DNA of 64,000 nucleotides from Yuukianura sp. NJ FZ-2021 (lineage: Eukaryota), in the NCBI GenBank assembly GCA_046563655.1, contig CM102287.1, positions 7,998,001 through 8,062,000 on the forward strand, read 5' to 3'. The notes below the pieces were generated by a model. The model had not been told where the DNA came from. It searched no databases and saw nothing but the letters and a program-made list of their open reading frames with translations. Positions 1 to 9,605 of this stretch are shown here, piece after piece. Numbering within the stretch: position 1 is the stretch's first letter; the number at the start of each line of letters is the position of its first letter. A program made the translations under genes and the position numbers.

Positions 1-3000
1 GACAAAAGTTGTATGAAACTAATAGTGGGGGGAGCGGTGGAGCAGGAGACACAAGCTCGGCAGTAAGTTTTTAACCATTTTAGCTTTTCCTTCTTTTAAC
101 AATTACTGCTTAGTTAGTCTGAGATTGATGAGTGATAAGTTTCTGCTAAGTGAGTAAGTTGTTGGCGTACAAAGATTATCACGGTTTCCTTATTCATCAA
201 GTCTGTCTAAAAGCCTAGCCTAATGAGAAAATGGTTTTGTAAGGAAAACATGAATTTATGGCCATGTTATTTTCGGATCTAAAAGGGTGTAGCTTCATGT
301 CTCCAAAAGTTTCGTGAGAACCGTTATATTATTTTCATAAACAAAAACGTCAAGTGATATTAGATGGATGAGTTCGACTTGACTGTGAGTTGTTTGAAAA
401 GGATGGAGTCATCCATGGAGAAACTAGATACGGTTTGTATAACACATGTAGAATTAAGGTCTTCCTTCTTTTGTCTATTGAAAATGCGATACTAAAATTG
501 AAACGGAAATGGCTAATTCTCATTATAATTTTTATTGTGTAGTTACAGAGCAAACGAGAGCTGTTTTTCAAGAACGACACACTACCAGCACCGGCCCTCA
601 GTACTTCCATAACAGCAAATACACCACCAGTGATGAAAGTTGAACTGACATCAACAACGACAACCCCAGCAATTAAGCCGGATATCATTCTCAAGAGTCA
701 TTCCCATTCATACCAAAACCAAGCCAATGGACTGGAGGATAACAAAGAAAAACAAGACAGGGACAAGAAACCGGCGGGAGATGAAAGTAAAATGAAGAAA
801 TTAGACGGATATGTCGGATTTGCGAATCTTCCAAATCAAGTCTACCGAAAGGCTGTGAAGAGAGGCTTTGATTTTACCCTAATGGTTGTTGGTAAGCTTC
901 ATTGCAATTGATTGATTAACTTCTTATGTGGTTTGTTATCTAATACGTGATACGTGATTTTTGAATTCTAGGCGGATCTGGACTTGGGAAATCAACGTTA
1001 GTGAATTCCATGTTTCTAACTGACATTTACTCGACAGAATTTCCAGGTCCTTCACTGCGAGTCAAGAAAACTGTTCAGGTTGAAGCCAGCAGAGTTCTAC
1101 TTAAAGAGAATGGAGTTAATTTAACTCTAACTATTGTCGACACTCCTGGATATGGAGACGCAGTAGACAACAGCAACTGGTACGTGTTTGCAAATTCAAT
1201 TTCGGAAAATGAGGTTGTTGAATGCTGAGTCTGACTCATATGATTTTGTTTCAGCTGGCAACCGGTAATGGACTTTATTGAGTCACGTTACGAAGATTAT
1301 CTCAATTCCGAGTCTCGTGTTGACAGAACCAAGAAACCTCAAATTGATCCTCGAGTCCATGTTTGCCTATACTTTATCGCTCCATCTGGACACGGCCTCA
1401 AACCGTTGGATGTGGAGCTCATGAGGAAGTTGGCGGACAAAGTCAATCTCATTCCGGTAATTGGCAAGGCGGATACAATGACTCCAGAAGAGTGTTCGGC
1501 CTTCAAGAAACAGGTAAGAATAAGAAAGAATTCATGCGTTTTACGTTAATAAAGTTTTTGTGGAGGAGGTGGAGTTGTTTTATTTTTGACTTTTTTGCTC
1601 TTAGATTCTGAACGAGTTGACGCAACAAAAAATAAAGATTTACTCATTCCCGGATATTGACGACGACGAGGAAAATAAACTAAACAAGCAATTGAAGGAT
1701 CGTGTTCCCTTTGCGGTGGTGGGCTCCAATACGATTCTGGAAGTCGATGGAAAGAAAGTGCGAGGGCGGAAGTATCCCTGGGGAACAGTTATCGGTAAGG
1801 CTAATGTACCCATTTTACTTTTTTCAACTTTCAACTTGGTGCTTCGCCGAGAAAGTTTAAACTAATTTGAGAACTTTGTTTATTCTCCATTTGTCCATAA
1901 ACAGTCGAAGACATGAACCATTCCGATTTTGTTCCACTACGAAACATGGTTTTGCGGACGCATCTTCAAGATCTGCTTCTGGTGAGGGATCTTGTTGCAA
2001 TGCAAATATTTGTTTTTTGTTTTTAGGAAAGATAATTGAATCTTCTCATTTTTTGTTTGTAGGTGACAAATAATGTCCATTATGAAAACTATCGTGTTCG
2101 AAAATTGGCAGGCCTTGGAACAGATGGAAAACCCATCAAAGGTGGAATCGAGAAGTAAGTAACTTTTTAGCTCTGTGAAAGTTATGTTGCTTTCTTTGTA
2201 TTGTAAAAGATGGAGATTGTTTGTTAAAGTGATGATTGGTGATGAGTTCATTTCCTTTGACTTTCTTTCTTTGTTTTCACTTTCTGCTACTACACGTTAA
2301 AGTGCACAGTCCCCAGGAATATCCAATTGTTTTATAACAATTTGGTAAGAGTCAACTTTCCTCAACTCGCCGTTTGGCTTCAGTTTGAAACTTTTCTTCT
2401 TTCTCCATTAAGATTTCCATTCTAATCTGTGTTAATCTGTCATCTGTTGTGTCACTTTACTTAATTGAGACAGTTTTTTTATATTCTGTGTTTTGTACCT
2501 TTTGTATAAATTCCTTGTGAACATCTCCAGCACGTTAAAATATTTTTTGCAAACCGCAATTTTAGCATGATTTGATCAGAATTTTGTTGGTATTTGGTCA
2601 TTTGCTAATGATTACTTGTTGTTTGTGTCGCAGGAATCCCCTTGCCCAAATGGAAGAAGAAAAGAAGAACCATGATCAAAAGATGAAGCGAATGGAACAA
2701 GAGATGGAAGTTGTCTTTGAAATGAAAGTAAAAGAGAGGAATCAACGTCTCATCGATTCGGAAGCAGACGTAAGGCCTTTGACCTTTGCCAAACAAATAT
2801 ACATTTGTAAAGGTCCGCACAAATGGACCGAGAGAACTTTGAAAGATTAATTTGTTTTCTCTTTTGTCAAAAGTTGAAGAAGCGTGAGGAGAGTATGAAG
2901 AAATCCTTTGAGAAATTAGAACGCGAAATTGAAGAAAGGAAGAAGTGGTTTGAAGCTGAAAAGGCCGCGTGGGAACAACAGAACGGAATGACCTTTGAGG

Positions 3001-4303
3001 AACTAAAACGCAAAGATACTCTGACAAAAGAGTAAGTTAATTTTTTCGAGCATTTATGAACTTTTATCGTTTGTCCGTTTCATTGACTTGAAATTAACTA
3101 ACTTCTTTTCACGGTAACAATTTAATTAACGGGAGGGTTCGTTAATTTGCAACTCGAAAAATGGTTCTTGGTTTCGATTCTGCTAAAAAACAGTTGGAAA
3201 TCTTTCTTGAGTCTTTGGAATGTGAAACGTTTGGAGTATTGTCTTGTGCAGAGTGTCCCAATTGGTTTCTGGTGGTGGTCGGCATGAGAGGCAGGTTGAA
3301 TTTAAGTGCTTACCGAGCATGGATCTTCTGGAAGAAATGGAATTTGAAGTGGATTATGACAACTAATCAGCAGTCTTCGCTTCGATCTCGATTCGAAATG
3401 TAGTTTGTGTAGCTTTGTCTACTTCAGGCTTTTCGCGACTTTCTGTGCACTTACATAATAAATTTGGAAGTGGATCTCTGAAATGTAATGCTTCCGCTTT
3501 GTTTAAAGAAATTTGAATGCTTTCAGGCGAGAATGCTGCGGAATTGCTTTTGTAGTTGTAATTAACTTTTGGCATTCTTTATGTACGCTTGCTTTTGTGA
3601 TTGTGATCTAATTCCCTTGGGAGATTTTAACATTTTAGGGATGAGTGACTGTGACCTACTAAAACTCTGCGAAATGTCACGTCTGTGCTATTTGCTTTGC
3701 CTTTTATGCATCTTCTTTTGTTCTATTTCAAAACAACGAAGAGGTGTCCGGTTTCAAATTCATGAAAAAACGCTTGTTTTTGTTATTTTAATTTAAGATT
3801 CTAAAAGTTTATTTGTGTTGCGGTGCATTTGAGCTTCATCTGATTTTTTGTTCGCATTGAATTTTTTGTTTTAGAGCTTGTAGAAGTGATGGTGCCTTAG
3901 TTCTGGAAAAAGAATCACCGTCGCCAAATAAGAAGAAAATCACCGTCAAAAGAAGTAAATCGCTGCGTCAGTCCAATGGTTCAAGCTCCGGAAGCGATTG
4001 TCGGACAAGCTAAAAAATTGTTCCCTGATCGTCACTTAATGTATTGGCAGTACTATTGACAGTGTCACCAGAATCGAAACCATGAACTATTTATAGAGTT
4101 ACCTCTACCAGTATATTGAAATAGAGTTGTTACGGAAGGGTGTTTATCATCACAAACCATAATTTATGATTTTGTACTTTTTGTATATAAAGTAATTTAG
4201 AAATTGTTATTATGAAATAATTTGGTATTAACATGTGATTTATTACTTTAATTGATTTAGCGGTGTTGATGGGAAAAAGGCGAAGAAGAAGGGGATTTTC
4301 TAG
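1..4303 (+). CDS. pnut: Septin-7/peanut-type septin GTPase, multi-exon, 5' end outside the window
   Basis: Exons ~<1-62, 543-891, 972-1179, 1255-1513, 1605-1794, 1905-1981, 2063-2154, (2303-2344 cassette), 2634-2769, 2874-3031, 4261-4303, joined by GT-AG introns in frame. Motifs: [16 protein letters not shown]-loop [35 protein letters not shown], coiled-coil C-terminus and terminal KKKGIF*, typical of the SEPT7 group. Confidence 0.95.
2303..2344 (+). other. 42-nt in-frame cassette micro-exon of the septin gene
   Basis: Pyrimidine-rich tract + AG at 2301-2302 and GTAAG donor at 2345. Length is 42 nt with phase 2/2, adding (N)[14 protein letters not shown] before NPLAQ with no stop. Confidence 0.7.
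3875..4013 (+). other. Putative alternative last coding exon of the septin gene
   Basis: TTTTTTGTTTTAG acceptor ending 3874. Phase matches the 3031 donor and the exon reads [46 protein letters not shown]. Confidence 0.5.
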
Positions 4304-5329
4304 AAGACGGTTTCTAGAACACGGAGATACTGAAACTGAACATCCAACGAAATCCAAATGAGACACACGAAGTATCTGCAAAATGCAATTTCAAAGACTA
4401 ACAAGCCAACACTAACTAACTCAACAATACTTTATCATCTAGAAGATTTAGTTCGTTTTGTAACATTTTAGCAATACTTTTCCTTCATCTTTTACCCCTG
4501 TTGAATGTTCGTCCCCGTTTCTTCTACCGTTACACATATTTTTAACGTCCTTCAGACTCTGAACTACACTGGAAATTAATTTTGTGATGTTACTCGTCCT
4601 GTTAATTATAATTTACATTTTACACTGATTTCAGAGTCTATTAATTAATGTACAAAGTAAATTAACTTAAAGCCATAACTTCTGAACTTCTGAGGAGAGC
4701 TCTTGAAATTCATTTGACTGTAAACAATAATGTTTCACTTTGTGCTAAAATATGCTAGTTTTGTGTACTTGCTACAAGTAGAGGTTAGGCTAATTGATTA
4801 ATTAACTAAACTACGCTTTCTATCCCACTATCACGCCTGCTCAAATGTGGAAACAATGAGACACGGAACAACTAAAAACCTAAGGATTACAACATAAACA
4901 CCTTCATCCCCATTTTCGCCAGTAATGCATTTATATTCTTATATAGTTTTTTGTAAAAATTTACAAAATGAACTAATTTGTTTAATTTGTTAAGTGTAGA
5001 GAAATTACTGTAATGTAGGACGACACATTAATAACATTATCATGATCATGGAGTCTGCATGTTGTCGATTTCTAATTGATCCACATCCATTTTATATTAT
5101 GTATTCACGTAATAAATTTTGGAATCAACTCAGGAGTTAAAGTGATACTAAAAGTAGGGTTAACAAGGTAATTATTGTAATTAATCAAGGTGATTACTTG
5201 TAATTACGATGATCTCTGACACCCCTGACCTAGTTAATTAGTAATTATATGGAGATCATTGTAATTGCAAAACTAGAGATTTAGCAGAAATAGCGGTGTG
5301 AAGGTCACAGTGTCTGCAAAACCGTAACG

Positions 5330-5337
5330 TATAAATA
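5330..5337 (+). promoter_or_regulatory. Candidate TATA box of the Cys-rich secreted gene
   Basis: TATAAATA about 45 nt upstream of the ATG at 5378; AATAAA at ~5896 after the stop. Confidence 0.45.
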
Positions 5338-5377
5338 CTTTAGTCACTTGTTTTTTTTTGTACTTGTCACACAGAAC

Positions 5378-5848
5378 ATGGAACAGTCGGCGTTCAAGTG
5401 CATTTTGATGCTGCTACTTGTGGCAGCACTTGTTGGGCGGAGTCTGTCAGATACTGCAAGTGACGACAATGAGCGCGGACGAGCAAAAATTTTACGCTGT
5501 ACAAAGAAGAACGAAGACACGATTTGCAAGCAGTTTTGCGAAAATGGAAATTGTCAAAAAGGACACTGCTTCTGCGCTGTTCCTCCGACGTTAGCTGTTT
5601 GCGATGAGAAAACTAACGGGAAATGTCGCAAAATCGCTGAAAAGGTTAACGCTGAAGGAACATCGTGTAAAGATCCTTCTGGAACTGTAAAGCGCGGAAA
5701 GTACTGCGTCCTTTCACCATTGAAAGATGAAGTGTCACCGTTGCCTCCAATTTCGGCTAATACTAACGACACTGTAGCGACAGAACCAACGGATACGGTG
5801 GTAGGCAACATTACAACAGTACCTGCGCTTAATGATTCAGTCCTATAG
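5378..5848 (+). CDS. Intronless small secreted cysteine-rich protein with a CSab/defensin-like Cys pattern and a Pro/Thr-rich tail
   Basis: Hydrophobic signal-like N-terminus (MEQSAFKCILMLLLVAALVGRSLS), then C-x8-CxxxC-x2-GxC-x4-CxC (CTKKNEDTICKQFCENGNCQKGHCFC), a second 4-Cys module and a T/P-rich tail. TATA and polyA signals flank it. Confidence 0.7.
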   Translation: MEQSAFKCILMLLLVAALVGRSLSDTASDDNERGRAKILRCTKKNEDTICKQFCENGNCQKGHCFCAVPPTLAVCDEKTNGKCRKIAEKVNAEGTSCKDPSGTVKRGKYCVLSPLKDEVSPLPPISANTNDTVATEPTDTVVGNITTVPALNDSVL

Positions 5849-5966
5849 AATATACGACTGTAACTTACAAATAAGTTGGATTGTTTTTTTAACTGAATAA
5901 AATCATAAAAAATCACTAACTATACTCTTTTTTTACCGGAAAAGTGGGCACGGGGCTTAGCATTTT

Positions 5967-6395
5967 ATGAAATTTTGGAAACTATTGGAGATTTGTTGTT
6001 TTTTGTTTGTTTTTTGCCAAATCGAATCACTGATGATAAACGACTACTTACTACAAGGAATGATTGTTTCTGCAAAAGAAAAAATAACCACACCTACCAG
6101 AGACCAGAAGAGTGCGTCGTCCATCGACAAACAACTAAAACTGCAAAAGATGTGTCTTCTGGTCATTCTTGCCTTTCTATTGTGTTTTCTCATATTCTTG
6201 TTTTGCTTTCTGATCGTGTTCATTTGTATGATTTTCGCACTGTGCGTATTTTTGGTCGCGGGGACGAGTGCTATCACCTTCTCCTTCACTTTCGGTGATT
6301 ATCTTCTGGAACTGGAATACGACGACATCACTTTGGAATCGAAAGTGTTGGTGTTGGTCATCCTTTTGATGATCTTTTTGTTGATCGTCCGGTAG
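5967..6395 (+). CDS. Small hydrophobic putative membrane protein, copy 1 (unknown function)
   Basis: 142-aa ORF starting MKFWKL with about three hydrophobic segments. The paralog at 8979-9362 shares the start context and the same hydrophobic layout. Confidence 0.5.
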   Translation: MKFWKLLEICCFLFVFCQIESLMINDYLLQGMIVSAKEKITTPTRDQKSASSIDKQLKLQKMCLLVILAFLLCFLIFLFCFLIVFICMIFALCVFLVAGTSAITFSFTFGDYLLELEYDDITLESKVLVLVILLMIFLLIVR

Positions 6396-6678
6396 GCGAA
6401 AAGTTACGGTAAAAGATTGTTTGGATGATTTCACAAAAAAACTGTTTTTTTAACTCGTTTTAAAGGTTGTGCCGATAACTCCACCAATTGGCAAGTGAGA
6501 AGTGACGACAACATGATGACAACGAACTGAATCCAATTCAACTTAATGTTTTGTATCCAAATTTATGTTGGCGTTTTACTTGAAAATCATCTAAACTCTT
6601 GAAGCTTCTCAGAATCCAAAATTGACTTTAACAAAATTTACCAAATTCCGAAATTAAAGTGACGCTATGATTTGAAAA

Positions 6679-8437
6679 TTAATCGACTGCTCTTCTCGAG
6701 ACGTTCAACTTAATTCCTGATTTGGCAACATAACTTGTGTATATTTTCATGTAACGCGGTGACGGATTTCTCGAACCTGTATAACCTGTTTGGACGTAGG
6801 TTTTGTAAATGTTCCTGGATATCTAAAAAGATTCACATGTTAAGAATTGTAATAAACGCCAGAGCGAGAACGAAAAATCTAAGAAAATATCGAAATGAAC
6901 TTGACGCACCTTCGACACTGTTGGAGGCGTGACCACGTAAGCACTATCCTTAGAGAATCCGCTTAGTGGAATGATCGAGTGAGAGCTCTTCAACGGTAAA
7001 CTAGCCAATGTCAATGGTTTTGCTGGTGGATGGATTTGCTGAAGGTTTACAAATCTTCAAAATGTAAAACAAAACGTTTTTGTTTAAAAAAGATATACAC
7101 GCTTTTTGGTAAGTCTACCTTACTTACTTTTCGTACATGGAAATATCAGATTTGCGTGGGGCCTTAAGCTCAACCCCATAGGACTCTTTCATTGTTGGAA
7201 AAAATTTGGCAAAGACAATATCATGACCTCGTATCAATCCTCCACCTCCATTATACCAGGAACTGGCCATGCTGGAATTGACTTCATCGCTGCTTGAGTA
7301 CTCAGATTCAGAGCTATAGAAAAGTACAGGTTCAATCCTCCTTTTTTGAAAACATTAGTCCAAATTCTGACCTTGTGCTGGTGACACTGGAAGTACTGAT
7401 GCTCATGATTGTAGGATTCTTGAGCGTTAGTGTCTTGGACTTCTTGCTGATGATAGTTTCTTCCTGTCGTTTCCCTGGTCGCGCTCTGACGACGAATGGG
7501 CTAAAATCTATTGTCGAATTCGGCATGAAATCTCGTACGGAATGACTAATTTTGAAGGCAAACACTTCCGACAATGGAACCAATTCTCGTGGACGATAAA
7601 AGTCCTCATAAGTGTCAACGTCTTCAGGGTCACAATTGATTAGGCGACAAGTTTTGTTGAGTTCGTGGCAACTCAGAGGCAGGGCTCGCATCACATCATC
7701 GGAGTACCACTCTGTTAACCTGAAAATTAACACGTTTTTAAGTTTCCACAAACATTGATTCATGTTGCATATAAAATATTCCAACGTACGGCTGTATGTC
7801 TGATTTCTCCTTGTCAAGGAATCGAAAGTTTGGTTTCAGATGAAGATGAAGATCATTTTCAAGCGTCCAGAGAGGAAACGGTTCCAGAGATGGAACGTAT
7901 TTCCCAAGGAACAAGTTTATTGCATTCTGTTTCTCAGCATCTTGGTCAGTCCAACAAAAAAAAAACAATTATTCTTCAGACACAACAGATCTTCAGAGGA
8001 AATTATTCAGAAAATACTTTACCTGAAAAAGTGTTGGAGTAATATCGGGACAGGGTTTGCATGATATCGTTTCCCTGAGATGTCCACGGTGCTGTTTTCC
8101 TGTAGGTGTTAATGCGATGAACTAATTGCGATCCTCCATACTGAAGTGCCAGCGTGTCGCCATGATCTTCATACAGTTCTTCTAACATCCGAATAACATC
8201 AGACTCAAATTGCAAATCAACGTTATCTCCCAGCAAGCCAAGTGCTCGGAACTAAAAAGAAACAATTAGGCATACAGAATTAACGATCTTTTTCAGAAAA
8301 AGAACTTCAGAAAGTTTTTGACATAACTTGGTGAGCTAAGGCACATTTTCCAATTGCAAATTGTGCAGTATTTGTTCGGTCCAAACAATCCACACAATTG
8401 ACCCGCAGGAGTCCGGTCTGAGTCTGACGACGTCCAA
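6679..8437 (-). pseudogene. FIG4: 5'-truncated duplicate of the FIG4 3' half (catalytic exon to stop), reading frame and downstream splice sites intact
   Basis: Encodes [52 protein letters not shown] and the remaining exons to a TAA at 6679-6681. It has no upstream exons and no acceptor in front of its first exon. Confidence 0.8.
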
Positions 8438-8446
8438 GTAAATACC

Positions 8447-8854
8447 GACAATGAGCGCGGACGAGCAAGAATTTTACGCTGTACAAAGAAGAACGACGAC
8501 GACGCGATTTGCAAACAGTTTTGCGAAACTGGAAATCGGCAAAAAGGACACTGCTTCTGCGCTGTTCCTCCGACGTTAGCCGTTTGCGATGAGAAAACTA
8601 ACGGGAAATGTCGCAAAATCGCTGAAAAGGTTAACGCTGAAGGAACATCGTGTAAAGATCCTTCTGGAACAGTAAAGCGGGGAAAGTACTGCGTCCTTTC
8701 ACCTTTGAAGGATGAAGTGTCGCCGTTGCCTCCATTTTCGCCTAATACTAACGAAACTGCAGCGACAGAAGCAACCGCGACGGTAGTAGGCGACACTGCA
8801 CCAGTCTCTGTACTTCCAGATTCTGTAGAGTCGACGACTAAAGCTTACCAATAA
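8447..8854 (+). pseudogene. 5'-truncated copy of the Cys-rich secreted gene
   Basis: Open frame [12 protein letters not shown]...TTKAYQ* lacking an ATG and signal peptide (in-frame TGA at 8399). The fourth Cys (GNC) is changed to Arg (GNR). Confidence 0.8.
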
Positions 8855-8978
8855 GTTGGATTGTTTAACTGAATAAAAAGGAATGCATTGTGTTTAGCGG
8901 AAATAGTGGTTAGTTAAAATCGTTAAAGCTATTCCTTTTTTACCACTAAAACAAAGTGGGCACAGAGCTTAAGGTTTT

Positions 8979-9362
8979 ATGAAATTTTGGAAACTATGGG
9001 AGACTTTCTTTTCTTTGTTTGTTTTTCTCTTTTTGCCAAATCAACATCAAACGTCACTGCACTACTGCGCACTGATACGACTTTTTCGAATCGTTTTTCG
9101 GAAAGAGAAATTAACTACAGCGCAGCAGCATAGCAGAGCGTCCCATAAAAATTTGACAATAATGTGTCTATGTATTCTTCTCTCGTTTGCTTCGCTTGTA
9201 TTTATGCAAGCCACCATCATACTCTTCAACGTTATCCTGAAGGTAAAGCGGACTACGAGCAACAGTTTAGACTACGGAGAGGACGAAGACGTCAGCGTTA
9301 TACGAGCAATTATCGTTTGGTTGCTGTCCTTTTGCATCCTCCTCTTTTTTCTTCGGTGGTAG
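8979..9362 (+). CDS. Small hydrophobic putative membrane protein, copy 2 (unknown function)
   Basis: 127-aa ORF starting MKFWKLW. It has hydrophobic segments and an acidic patch before the last one, as in 5967-6395. Confidence 0.5.
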   Translation: MKFWKLWETFFSLFVFLFLPNQHQTSLHYCALIRLFRIVFRKEKLTTAQQHSRASHKNLTIMCLCILLSFASLVFMQATIILFNVILKVKRTTSNSLDYGEDEDVSVIRAIIVWLLSFCILLFFLRW

Positions 9363-9605
9363 GCAAAAAATTACGGTGAAACATTTGCTTTAGAAAATTT
9401 CATAACAAAAAACTTTTTTTTAAACTCATTTTAAAGGTGCTGATCTAAATTGATCCGGTGTGTGACCTCTGTGAAGTATGGACTTGGAAATGTATAAATT
9501 CAAATTTCTTGACGAAGTTGTTGAACCGTTTACTTAGAATCATTCACATCAAAATCCCAAATTCCTCTTGCGTACTCAATGAATAAATAATGTGAAACTT
9601 GATGA

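Larger units (their letters stand above)
5464..8437 (+). repeat. Tandem segmental duplication, copy A (~2.97 kb)
   Basis: Collinear with 8446-11383, starting at CGACAATGAGCGCGGACGAGCAA and ending at CTGACGACGTCCAA. Exons are highly similar, introns and intergenic parts more diverged. Confidence 0.92.

Noticed and set aside
8293..8796. 167-aa minus-strand ORF crossing the duplication junction (possible chimeric gene)
   Set aside because: It is the antisense of the Cys-rich copy joined to the FIG4 exon in the wrong frame (it does not read [11 protein letters not shown]), and it has no credible start.
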